A stretch of DNA of 64,000 nucleotides from Lama guanicoe (lineage: Eukaryota), in contig MU053482.1 in the NCBI GenBank assembly GCA_013239625.1, positions 3,495,922-3,559,921 on the forward strand, read 5' to 3'. Position numbers and translations under genes: made by a program. Every line of letters starts with the position of its first letter. Position 1 is the stretch's first letter. Of this stretch, positions 49,210-61,849 are shown piece by piece. The notes under the pieces were generated by a model, which saw nothing but the letters and a program-made list of their open reading frames with translations, was not told the DNA's origin and did no database searches.

Positions 49210-50520
49210 CTTCATTCATTTAAATATTTACCGAGCACTGACTTAAGTTACAGGCATCTGGTAATGTGCTGGGGATACATTCAAAAATAAAAGAAATGGT
49301 CTTTGCTGACATGGTGCTCAGCAGGAGAGAATACCCCCCAAAAGGAAATAACAAAATATGAAATTAATTACAAATTGTGATAACTTTCATGAGAGAAACA
49401 CACTCTGTAAAATGACAGGAAATAACAAGGGGAGAAACTGCTTAGATTGAGTGCTCAGAAAAGGCCTCTCTGCGATAGAGTAACTGAAGCACAGACCTGA
49501 AAGACAAGGAGTCAGCCACATTCATAGCAGAGGAAGACCCTCCCAGGGAGAAGCAAGATGTGCAAAGACCCTGAGACACAAAGGACATGGAGATGTTTGA
49601 GGAGCTGAAGAGAGGCAACGAGGTAAGAGCTGGCTTCTGGACAAGATACATTTTCGATGCCTGAGAGATATCCAGGTGGAGTTGGATGTACTGAAGTGAG
49701 TTAGAGGAGAGCTCCAGGAAGCAAGGGATTGGGTAAGACTATCTAGGGACACAGTAATGAGGAAAGATGAGAAGAGGATCCAGGACCAAGCCGTTGGCAT
49801 CTCCGCCCTTAGCTCAGGTGAAGCTCCTCTTACAGAGGAGACTAAGAAGGAGCAGCCAGAGAGCTAGGAAGAAAGCCAGGAGGGCATGGAGCCCTGGGAG
49901 CTGAGAGAGGAGAAGGTGTCAAGGAAGGAGCGGTAACTGTGTCACACACACACTTCTGAGAGCCCGAGTCAGGCGACTATGAGATTTGATAACATGGAGG
50001 TCAAGAGGAGCTTTGGTGACCTGATAGGAGCCAAAGACAGATTAGAATGGGCTTAGTGGTGGGTGGGGGGTGAGAAAGGGGAAGATGTAGACACAGTAAT
50101 TTGATGAGGACTGGGAGTAGAAGACTGTATTGGGGAGGGTGTAGCTGAGCAAGTGGGTCGAGGGATGAAAGCACATTGGAGTGTGGATAGAAATGAGCCA
50201 GGAGAGGGACGAGAAGAAGGGGATGACCAAGGGAATAAACCCTTTGAAAAGGGAAGGTGGGACAGACCTTAGACAAGGGGAGAAAATGTGCCTCGGTGAC
50301 AACGGGAAGGAGATGAAGATGGTGGGCTGGGGACCTGGCAGAGGAAGAGGAGAAGGATCCTCCTGTCTGACAGCTTAAACTTTCCTCTTGAAAATGGAAG
50401 ACAAGGTCATCTGCTGAGAGTGAGAGGCAGGAAGGCCTAGGAAGGCTTGAGGAGAGAGGAGAAAGCATGGGAATCGTGAAAGGGTGGTGGGGGCTGGGGG
50501 AGACAAACATGCTAGAAAAT
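49210..50520 (-). mobile_element. L2 LINE remnant
   Basis: Starts 'ttcattcatttaaatatttaccgagcactgac', followed by a purine-rich antisense L2 body. Confidence 0.7.
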
Positions 50521-52799
50521 CAGCAGAATGACTGACAGCGCCAGGGGAAGGGGGGCGCCCGCTGGAGGCAGGAAATCTCAGGCTTAAAGGAGGTATCCTG
50601 ATGGCCACGCCTTCTCTGTAAATCCTGCAGCCCACCTAGGTGTCCAGAATCCTGACGGGAGTCTTGTCAGGGAGGAGCCCTGGAATAAGGCCAAACAGCG
50701 CCTTTCAGCCAGGACTCTTGACAGATCACAGCTGCCACCCTCCCCGACCTCTCAGACAGGCTTTATGAGTGAGACTTGCACCTTCTCCTCACTCTTGGCA
50801 ACAGTTTCCCATCTCTGAGTTTTCCTCAGACCTTGTAAAATTTACATTTCATCGGGTTGGAAACCAGAACCCATCGCGAGCAAGAAAGATAACACTCTAA
50901 AAATATCAGCTACTCATAACATTTCTCCTCCTTAAAATTACATTATCCACTCCCTTCCATGTGACCTCTGCCTGATGTGCAGTTTCCTATTTGTCCAAAC
51001 GACTGGAACAAGAGCAGAAAAACACAGCTACAGCCAAGGGCAGGGAAAGCAATTCTTCTATGAAATATGGTAGGGTGTAAAATGCTATTTCCTGACCCCT
51101 AGACTGAGTATAGAGTTCCTTAAATGTCTTCTCCAACTATCTGGAAATTTCTCCGTGTGCATTTTAAAGACAGTTCAAATACCTTTGCCTCTGTGGAACT
51201 GTTGCCAGAATCTTCCCCTCTTCCATGACCTCTGGCTAAAGTCCACCTCTCCCTCCCTTTATGCCCTCATTGCACCTCTTTTACAGCAGAACTTGGAGCA
51301 AGGGCGTTTTTTCGTTTTCTATACATGCTCATCCCTCCATATGACTGTGATTGCAGGGAGACTGTGTTTCCATCTGAATGGTGCTTGGCACAAAGTAAAT
51401 GCCTTTAAGTGTTTGCTGAGTTCTATTAAGTTCACTGTGGCTCTTTAAGTTCCTGCCTGTTAATCTTACAAAATGGGCAGGTCCTCTGTGTAAACGGCTA
51501 CTTCCTGCGAACTTGGTGTTTGGGCTGAGCTAAAGGAATCCCTATGCATGGCTGTAACTTGGAGTTGAGTACAGCCTGTGCCCACCCTAGGGATTTCTGG
51601 TCCAGACACTCATGGATCTTGGCATCTGTTCCCAGTCCAAAATGCTGTGTGCTTTCCTACTGGGATGATTAGAATGAGGCTCATTGTTCTCTCACGTCTA
51701 CTGGGTCAAAATGTTTGTCATTGTGCTCAGCTCTCAGTAAACTGAGGGGCTATTTACTCAAAATGTGTTGTTTGACCTACAGATATATTAAAGTCTATTT
51801 TTTTCCACATGTTAAACAATATTTGAAAGTGACCCCAATCCTGTTGCCTGCTATCCCCAATTCCGCACCTTGCTTTCTCCTACCAAGGATAGTTCAGGTT
51901 CTTGGTGATCCCCACTGCTTCGAACAGAAGCTCTCAGCTGGCCTGAGCATTCTTTCTACAGAGTCCAGGCCCTGCCCCATCATGAAAGTCTGTCGGAAAG
52001 AGAGGGAAAGGGGGGGCCAAGAGTTGGGAATGGAGCTTTGTTGGGGTCCTCCTGGAAAAGAGGTTAGTATGTCCAGATGCAGGATTGGAAGGGAGAATTC
52101 TAGTGTGCTTCTCATTCAGGATGTCGAATGACTATTTCTGGAGAGATTCAGAGACCATGGATTAGACACTATGACCCCAGGGGCTTGGTAAGATCCTGTA
52201 AAGTTGCTTACTTCCACATAGCTGTTAGTTTGTCAGCCCTTTGCATATTCCCTGTAGTGATCAAGAAAACAAGGAAACAAAGAAAAAGACAAAAACAGCC
52301 TAGACAACATGGTGGAAGTGTAAGCTTCCTCAGGGTGAGGTGGCAAAGTGAGGAATTGCCCAGCAAATGTCAAGATTAAAGTGTGTGTGGGGGTGGGGGT
52401 CACTGGGCAACAGTGTGTTGGCTGCATATACTGAGAGGTAAGGAAAACTGGCTGAGTCCGGGGGTGGGGAGCTGGGCGCTTGTACTGAAAAAGGGGCCCA
52501 ACGCAGACAGTCCTTGCCAGATCAAGCAAAACTATTCTAACAACAACGGAAAATGAAGGACTAAAGCTGTCTCAAAGCAAGGAAGAAGGAATAAGAGAGG
52601 TGTGTGTTCTACCAAGTGAGGAAAGACACAAGGGGAAAGTTCTGAGAGGTGGCAGCTGTGATCCAGATGTTTTCCAGCAAGCAAATGAAAGAATTGGAAA
52701 AGTAAGTTATAAACTCCTCTGAGTGTGTAGAAACAGCCTGCCTTGCTCTGGCTGAGGATGAAAAGACCTGCAAATTGCATAGATGCCTAGAAAAGTTAG

Positions 52800-53295
52800 G
52801 CCTAGCAGACAGTTTGTTGCCAACCCAATTCTCACTCTCCCTCCTACTTCCTAACAGCAACGTGATTTTGCTCAGGAATTTACTCTTCTTCGTGGAGCCA
52901 TTTTACTCCATGGGAAGCTGACCCTCTCTCCCCACCTCCAGGGCGTACTTTAAGCCCATGATGACAATCTTGTTCCCAAAGCCTGCAATTGGTTTAGAAA
53001 GGGATCATGTTCCAAATTTGCTAAAAGAAAGAAGACTGACGAAAGGCTTCTGGGTTCATTCTGAAGAAAGAAACATGGAAAGAGATGGTCCTTTTCTTCC
53101 TCTAGGTATTGCAGCCTTTTGCCACAAGCCTGCTGATGAAGTCAACATACAAAGTGGGCAGAGAAGAGGAAACTGTAGAGGCCCAGCTGAGGCCCTGCTG
53201 TACCACACCTGGAAGTCTCACTTGTGGACTTACTCTTTGAACCCCTTTGAGTTGGGGCTTTCTTGTATCTGTAGCCCACAGAATCCCAAAGAACA
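52800..53295 (+). mobile_element. Old LTR (MLT1/LTR16-like)
   Basis: Ends in 'ttgagttggggctttcttgtatctgtagcccacagaatcccaaagaaca', resembling an ERVL/MaLR LTR 3' end. Confidence 0.5.
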
Positions 53296-53545
53296 GAGAA
53301 GGATTCCGTCTCCTCTGGGCTCTTCAGAGATTGAGGCACCCTTGGACTCAGCCACAGCATCTTCCTGGTCCAGGAATTTTGCAAACTGGGTCTGAAATCT
53401 TTGTGGATCTCAGAATCCCATTCATTTCCCCCAGAATTTAATTTGCTTTCCATTGAAATGTTGGGTGTGAGGATGGGAGGAAAGGTGAGTTGGGGCAGTT
53501 CTCCCCAGAGATCCCCAAAGTTAAGAGGAAAATGGACAGACTTAC

Positions 53546-53610
53546 TTTTCCAAAAGTGCAGGCAGTGCTGAGGTGACAGGTGGGTTGCCTTTCCCGTTGG
53601 GTGATTCTGA
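53546..53610 (-). CDS. IRAG1: IRAG1 coding exon
   Basis: 65 nt, phase 0-2; SESPNGKGNPPVTSALPALLE(N); boundaries cag|TCA and AA|gtaagt. Confidence 0.92.
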
Positions 53611-55534
53611 CTGAACGGAAAACAGGAGACAGAGAACTGAAGATCAGCTAGGAGGGAAGAAGCCAGTACCACCGACAGGTCTCTGGTGATGCTGGGGAGG
53701 GGCTGTTGCTCCTCTTTCCCCTCCCCCTCCCCATGCTTTCTGATCTGCAGCTGAGCCCAGGCATTGGCCCTTCTTCAGGCCTTCTCTGTCCTCCTTTTCT
53801 AGGTGCACAAGCAACGTGCACCTTTCCCTTTCTCCTCTTCCCAGTCTCCTTGAGCAAAGAAAAGAATTTACACCTTGAGACTCCATTCTGGAGGGGAGCC
53901 ATCAGTTTTTCTCTGTTCCCTATTTACTGACTTGGACTAAACATTAGCGGACCCCCTACAAAACGCAGGCCCCAAGGTCCCTGGGATGGATTCAGGCAAA
54001 CCCATCACTGCCCTAGTGATACAGTTCAAAGCACAACTCACAAGAGATGCTCGCCATTACAAAAAGCTGAAGGCATCAGAAATTTCTTAGTAATAAATTC
54101 CCCAGGACTATCACGTTGTTTTGTTGCAATGGATTTGGTTTAAGCAATGGTTCTCAACTCTGGCTGCATGTTAGAACGCCTAGGGGAGATTTTTTCAAAG
54201 AACTGATCCAATCCAGAACCTCAGGGTGGGGCTCAGGCATTGCACATTTTAGAAGTACCCTGTGTGATGTTAATGTATATCGCTGATTAGAACCCCTAGT
54301 CTAAAGGAATATATATTTGGAAACCACGTTTGTACATTTAGTATAACATTAGAAATAGGCCTGTTAAAACACACCAGCTAGCTCTCCCCAAGATCTTTAA
54401 AAAAAATTTTTTTTCCTCAGGTTGCTTTATTTTAGTGAGGGATTTGGGAGTTTATGTTGATTTATAGATGACTGAAATGCTCAAAAGGAAGAGGTGAAAG
54501 AAGTTGAAGAGTCATTGCTACCTAGTGGTACTACAGCAGAGCTTGAACCCATTTTACCTATTGCTTCCAACAGACTGGTTCCTTACAGAGTAGTGCTCAG
54601 CAGGGACAGGGCACAGAGAAACAACTGGAGAAATCATTAGAAGAGTTTTAGATAGGATTAACTGGATTCACAAATGTCTGGGATCCTGAAGATACTCTGT
54701 TTGTAGGAATTATCTTTGTTCAAAAAATTAAAATGGATTTTTTTTCTGATTAAAAGTAATATATTCTTACTATAGAAATATGAAAAGGTATTGAGAAAAT
54801 TAAAATCAACTGTGATTTTACCATTGCCCAGAGATAACCATTATGAATAGTTTTACATCTATTCTTTCAGAATTTTCTACATCTATACACAGAAAAAAGC
54901 TCTTAAAAAAAAACACTACAAAACAGAGTTACACTGTATATACTAGAGTTTTGCTTTTTGTTAATAATAAACTATAGACATTTTTTCATGTCAATAAATA
55001 TTTATATTTATTCATTATATTTAGCAGCTGTGTAGAAACCCCTTACAGGAAAATTCATAATTTATTAAACCGATCTTTTAGTAATGGAAATTCTGCTTAT
55101 TTCCAATTTTTCAGTGTTGTAAACAATGCTGTAATGAATCAAGGCAAGATAACACTGGGTTTAAGAACTGGGGGTCTGGAGTCAGAGAGTCTATGGTTCA
55201 AAGGTCAGCTAACTACTTACTGCATGATGCAAACTTCAGCTGCTTAAATCCACTGCAGAGTGAAAAAAAAAATCCCATTTTGGAGAGTCATGGTTTAAGA
55301 ATGAAAAGAGGTACCCTTTGCAAGGAACACTCTCTGAACTGCCAGCACCTTGCTCAAGGATACTGTATCGTCTTCTCAGGGCAGTGGAAGACATGGGGCC
55401 TGGTCTATACTGAGCTTTCTGAGCCATAGCACAGAATCTGCGTTGGGAATTTCCTCCCTTGCTGACCCTGCCCCATCCAGGCCACCCCACAGCAATGAGC
55501 CTAGGGGCCGGGAGGTAGGCATCATCATACTCAC

Positions 55535-55642
55535 CGGGGCTGGTAAGGAGGGGGTGGGGGATGAGCTGGGCGACTGGCCAGGCAGGTTCAGGATATTAAA
55601 CTTGGGAACCACGGCAACGCTGACCCTCCGGCGGGGCATGTT
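55535..55642 (-). CDS. IRAG1: IRAG1 coding exon with the RRRVS cGKI phosphorylation motif
   Basis: 108 nt, phase 0-0; [36 protein letters not shown]. Confidence 0.95.
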
Positions 55643-56099
55643 CTGTGAGAAGAGAAGGGACCAGGCCCATTGTATTGCTGTATTCACTGGATAGTCTGGC
55701 TTTAGGGTAGTGATGGGGTGGGTGGAGAGGGTGGCCAAAATTAACGTAAAATTTTTATTAGTGGTGAGTGATTTCTCAACATGTTCCAATTTAACTTGAT
55801 CAGAAATAGAACAGAATTGACCCCCAGTCATTGGATGGCGTATGAAACCCTGGTTAGTGTATGAAAACTATGTACGGCAACACCAAGGTTTACGCATCAT
55901 TTTGTGTTCATTGAAGACACAGTACGGTCTGGGATGCCATGAGCAAGGGAAGACTGGAGGCTGAGCTAGCAAGTGTGAGAGGCTGAATGAGAGAAGCTGT
56001 CCAAGGTTCCCTGGGACCCTTGGATCCAAGAATGAACGATTTCCTGGGTGACTGTAGAAACTTCTCTTGCTGGCCCTGGTATTCCTTGAACATGCATAC

Positions 56100-56149
56100 C
56101 TTTCCCAGTGAGAGGGACATGGACCGCGCTGTGCGAGGAACCCCATCTT
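56100..56149 (-). CDS. IRAG1: IRAG1 coding exon with the RSMS motif
   Basis: 50 nt, phase 1-0; (E)DGVPRTARSMSLSLGK; donor AAG|gtatgc. Confidence 0.92.
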
Positions 56150-56769
56150 CTGCAACAGGAGGGAACAGAGAAGAGAACTCAGGTAAGTTTTCAGTGTAGG
56201 CTCCAGCAGGAAGCAGAGAGCAGGAACTAAGCCAGGGTACCTATGGGCCAAAGCTGGTCCTCAAGAGATGCCCCAGGGGCCTAGGTGCCGAGGTCACTGA
56301 GTTCGACTCTTCACCCTTCGACACAATCATCTGCAGAGTGGGGGTTTTTTGGGACAGAACCTTCATCCTAACTCCTCTGGGCACTATGAGAAGCCCCAAC
56401 CTTGCACTTCTGGTCCCCACTGCACAGTCTCTGGGTAATGCCCCAGAGAGTGTGTGAAGATTCCTCGTAGCAATACCTGGGCTCATTGGGACATTTTTAC
56501 TCATTCAAGGAATGTACAGTCACAGAAATTATGAGCAGGGAAGGTGAAATGTTGATAAAAAATGAAAACTTGTTGCCAACAGTAATTTCAATATGTCATC
56601 TACAAAGTAATTTGTAGCAAAAGAAACCAGCACCCCAGGATTCTCTTCTCCTTCGTATGTATATTAAGTGATAACATTCAAATAAAATATTTAGCACCAC
56701 ATCTGGATAACACTGCCACAAGTAAACATCAATATGTGCAGAGGAAGGTTTTTGAACACTCAATTCACT

Positions 56770-59200
56770 TTGACTCAGTTTGACCAATACTATCTAGTCT
56801 GTATAGCTGTCTATCCCTCACATTCATGTAGTTTAGGTGTGTCTCTTGAAAACCACATAACTGATATTTTTTCTTGATCTAATCTAAGATTTTCTATCAA
56901 CCGACAAGTTTAAGCTGTTTATGTTTCTTGTGATTGATATGCTCTCACCATCTTATTTTGTATTTTCTATTTTGCTTGCTTCATTAATTGATTTTTTTTT
57001 CCTAACCACTCTTACCCCCACAAAGTTGATTTGGAGTTCATATATTTTAGTTCTAATCTTTGGTGTGCCCTTTAAATTTTTAACATTTTACATGACTTAA
57101 ATTTTAAATAAATCAAGATCTCTATTCCTTTCCTGGATCAATGCTAAAACAAACATCACTCTTTCGAATCTTATATTGCTTTCCAATATTTTTATTGCAC
57201 TGTTTTTGGGATTGCAAATTATTATGATTGTTGTTTTACACAACAATCATACAATAAGTGAATACTTATTTAGATTTACCCCATGTTTACAGAAGTCTCT
57301 GTTGCCATCCCTTCTTGCATCCTACTTTCTTTTGATCTCAATTTTCTTTTTCCCTAAGTACATCCTTTAGCTGTTCTTTTGGCAAGAGTCTGTGAGAAGT
57401 AAATTCTTGTGAAAGGTCTTTATCAAGCTCACATAATAGTTTAGCTGGTAGTATTATCTCTAGGTTGGCAGTTATTTTCTCTCAGCTCTTTGAACGCTTT
57501 ACTTCTTTGTTTCCTGGTGTTAGTATTGGTATTTGAGAATTGACATTTCTTTGTGAATAATCCGTCTTCTCTCTCTGGTTACTTTTAAGATCTTCACTTT
57601 GTCTTTGGTGTCCTAAAGGTTCTCTTTGATATGTTTTTCATTTCTCCTGCTTGGAATTCATTGTACTTTCTAAATGCAATCATTCATGTCTTTCTTTAGT
57701 TCTGGAAAATTCTCAGATCCTGAAAAATCCCTTTGAATATTCTCTCTACCCCATTATCTTCTCATGGATTGCTTAATAAAAGTATTTCAAAGTTTCTCAT
57801 TCTAAATTTCATATCATGTATCTCATAACAATTCTTTCATATTTAAAATTAATATTATCCCTCTGAACTGCATTTTGGGTAACTTCCTCAAATCTATCTT
57901 CTGGTTAACAAATTTTCTCCTCAACCATCCTCAATCTGATGTAAATGTTGTACCAGTCAGGATAAGCTAGTTATGCTACAATAATAAACAACTCCAAAGT
58001 CTTCGCAGCTTATAACAACTGAGATGATTTCTTGCTTTTGCTACACGTCCCTTTCCTTACGAGTTGGCAGCAGGCTCTGCTCTGCATTTCCTAACTCAGG
58101 ACTCAGGCTGATGGAACTTCTGCCCTTCTGGAGCAGTGATGGTTGTCATGTCCAGACGAAGAAACGTATGGCAAATTGCAAACTGGTTCTTAAGGACCTC
58201 AGCTCAAATGTGACATGTCCTTATGCTCACATTTAACGCCAAATCACATGGCCTCCCCTAACTTCAAGGGTATGGAGAAGTGTGACCAAAAGGAGGAGAT
58301 CTGGAGTATTGAGGGATAGCTTCTACTCTTAACCATGACTCCTGAACAACCGAGTTTTTAATTTTCATGCCTCTATTCCTCATTTCTAGGATTCTATTTT
58401 CTTCTTTTTTTGACAATCATTTTCTTTTACTCTCATATTTTTAATTTATTCTTTCATGCCTCTAATAATTTAACACATAACTTTAAAATTTTTTTTATCA
58501 GATTATTATCTGCTATCCTTAGGATATAATCTATTGTTTGAGAGTCTAATGATTTTTGCTCATGGTGGATTGTTTTCTTGTTTATTTTATAATTCTATAT
58601 TGTAAACTCATCTTCTGTGACACTTTATGCAGGGGAATCCTGTGTATCTTGGGTGCAGGGCGTGTCTCTCCAGAGTGGTTTGTATTTGTTTCCGACTGTT
58701 CCTAGTGGCACCATTGTGATGTTCTTTCCAGAATCTCTGCATATTGCATCATCACTTCTGTTATGCAAGTACTCTGTGGGCATGCAGTTTTACTAAGAGG
58801 AAGGAGAATGTGTTTTTTTTCCTACTAAAGTCCAGGGTGAAACAGGCAAACGTCCTTGACTTGTTTCATTGTCAGTTGGTGATTATGCCAAGGATGCAGT
58901 CCTCGGGAAGAGGCTCAGAGTCAGCTCTCTCCTGTCTGAGGCCTCATCTCAGATTGCACGCGAGTGCAAAAGTCCAGAGCCCAGAGAGCTGAGGCTGCCT
59001 CTTATCCCCAAGGAAGCTGCAGGGTCAGCTTGGTTTCAGTTCTCTTTTCTTTTCTTGCATCTGAGTGTTTCCATTTCTTTTCTTGTGGATTCAGCTATTC
59101 TTTTAGTCCAATGTTTGCTTCACTTTATCCAGCAGAAATTTCTACATATTTGTAGTCAAAGGATTTTCAAGTTTTCTAGTCAGCCAAAATAGCAGAACCA
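56770..59200 (-). mobile_element. Old L1M fragments, antisense, interrupted by an MLT1-like LTR at ~57950-58330
   Basis: T-rich antisense L1 ORF1/5'-like sequence; the insert begins 'tgtaccagtcaggataagctagttatgctacaataataaacaactcc'. Confidence 0.6.
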
Positions 59201-60579
59201 GAAAATATTCTTTATATATGAAGGATTCAGACAATTAATAAAATACCAATCTTACCAGTGGGCAGAGGATATAATTAGAGAATTTAGACAAGTGGAAATA
59301 CAAATGCCCAATAAACATTTGAAAAGGTCAAGAAATATAATTAAAACTATGAGAAGAGGTACAATTTTGGCCCATCAAAGTCAAAACCATTTTTAAAAAG
59401 AAAAGACAAGAATGTCCATGGCACAATGAACCGAGCATTACTGTCACCCATTGAATGGAAATATCAATGGATTATTTGGAAATAATTTGCTTTAAGAGCC
59501 TTATAAATATTCCTTTTCCCTAAGCTAGTATTCAGACTTCTAGAAATCCACCTTAAGGAAATAACCCCAAATGCAGGTAATTAGCATGTTTCATATTCAG
59601 AAAAAAAAAACCAGGATTTTTTTCTTTTAAAGTGTATTATCTTTCTTGAAATCAGAGACATTTTTCTTTCACTGTAGTCTTCAGAGTCTCAGGCATAGAC
59701 AGAGATTGCATATACAACAAAGAAGTCCTATAAAAGCTTAACGAACAAGCACCATCAGGGAATGCTCACAGAGTATCTGATAGGCATGTCTTGCCCCTCT
59801 GCACCAGCCCAAGCTGAGGTGTAGCTCGAAGAAACAGTGGAGTGGGAACAAATGTGCGAAAACCACCTGTCCACCATTCAACACTCAGCTACCCGAGCAC
59901 TATAAATGCTTTCCCATGCCCCCAGACTGAACATGGGACCCTGCGGTGTGCAACCCATGGAAGTCAGCTTGCTTCTGTCACAGCATCGGTTACACTGCCC
60001 TGCCCTCACCCCAGGTTGGGAGCTCCTTTGAGTCAGAGGCTGGGTCCCTTCATCTCTCTATTCAGTATGGCACGTGGGGGCACACCAGAGGGATTCAATA
60101 AATGTCTGGAGAATGAATGAAGGAGACTCATGAGCAACTGCGCTCATTCCATAAATTGTGGGAAAGGTGGTTCGCAGGGGATCGGCACCTTGCAGGACAA
60201 TAACAGAAGAGCCCACGTATTAGGGTTTCTTTGGTGGCAGCTCCTCCAACTTCCAGCACTGACAGAGAGAGGTCTGTTAGAGGCCCAGATGCATGTGGGT
60301 CAGGAGCCGTGCTGCCAAGATCCAAAGCAGACCGTCTGCCGCATGTGTGCGCTGCCTTCGGACTCTGGGAAGCGTCACTGATATTCCCCAGGAAACTTGT
60401 GAAACCTCCTGTTTATAAAGGCTTCTCCATCTGTTATACTTTCTGTACTTTCCCTCCTCTTGCTCTTGGTAACACGGATGTTTGCATTCCACAGGGATTC
60501 CTGTCGCTAAAAGGTCTGTTTTCTCCTGCTAATACCATCCTCATCAGCCAGAGCTTAAACTCTGGCAGCTCCCAAGGAG

Positions 60580-61360
60580 AGATCCTGGTCCAAAGCACCA
60601 TCCTCCTCCAGGGCCATGGCAAAGCCTCCTAACTCATCTCTCCATCCCTCAATGTCCACGCTTTCCTAATGTATCACCCACTCTGAAGTCAGAGCAGTCT
60701 TCTAAAAGTAAAATCTGACCGTGGCAGCTGGTGTAAACTCCCCAGTGCCTCCCACTGCCTGGAGGACCAAGGCCCAGGCTGTTAGCATGGCCTGGCAGGT
60801 GGCCCTGGTCTAACAAGTCTCACCTTCAACCTGTCGTCGTCACACTGTAACCCTGCAACCACATCGGACTGTCTGTTCCATAGTCATCTCACCCCAACCT
60901 CCACACCTTTGTACAAGCTGTTTCCTCCACCCATGAAGTATTTCCCCTTCTTTCCTGGAGGACTCCTATTTTTACTTTTAAATACTACCACTTGATATTA
61001 AGCAGAATCAGGTGGCCCTTCCTCTGTGCTTTTATAACAATCTGTGTAGAACTCTTTTTTTTTTTAAGAGTATTTCTTTAAAACACCTGTTCACGAGTCT
61101 GCGGCTATTTATCTCAGCAGCCTCTCCTTTAGCCACGCTCCCACTTTAACCCCGCTGCCCAGACTCCATTTCTCACCTGGACTATTGTAATAGCAGCTTC
61201 CTGGGTCTCCCTGTCTCTAATGTTGCCCCAGTAATGTAACTGCCATACCACTGCAAGAGGGAATCTCCTAAACTATATACAATCATGTCATTTCCATGAT
61301 TAAAATCTTCGGTTGGATCCCTAATGCTTTCCAAGATAATGCGCACATTCCTTAGCATGC
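60580..61360 (+). mobile_element. L2 LINE remnants
   Basis: L2 motifs such as 'tctcacctggactattgtaatagcagcttcctgggtctccctg'. Confidence 0.55.
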
Positions 61361-61707
61361 GCTGCCCAAAGAGGGGGCCCCAAAGCACAAAGACTGTAAG
61401 GTCTGGGGTCTATCACTCTCACAAAGGAGGTTGAATTCTTGCAGCCTAGAGGCTTTGCATCAGTGGTCAGCCACACTGGTTGATTGTGTCAGGAGTCACT
61501 TGAGGGTCATTTCATGTTTTCTGGTTCCAGGCCCCTGGGCTCACAGAAGCAGGGGCTGTGAGGGCCTGGAGGCAGCACTGAGGGGGCAGGGAGCTTTGCC
61601 CACCCTGACACAGGCCCTGGGGCTGCCCCGTAGGTATGATCCTAGCCTAGATCCAACGGGGACTCATGTCACAGGGCCAGGGTAGGGGCAGGAGCCCAGT
61701 TCCTTAC

Positions 61708-61849
61708 CAGAGGGGCCACAGCTACGGCTTGAATTCTGATTGGCAAGTTTCTTAAACTCCATGAGCTCTGCATGGTCCTTCTCATACGTCCTCTTCAGGT
61801 TCTCCACGTACTGCATCATCACTTCTGTTGCTTTTGACATGCGCTTTTC
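61708..61849 (-). CDS. IRAG1: IRAG1 coding exon (coiled-coil region)
   Basis: 142 nt, phase 0-1; [47 protein letters not shown]. Confidence 0.96.

Noticed and set aside
50001..50510. 169-aa minus-strand ORF
   Set aside because: Low-complexity Pro/Leu/Ser translation of a decayed L2 element.
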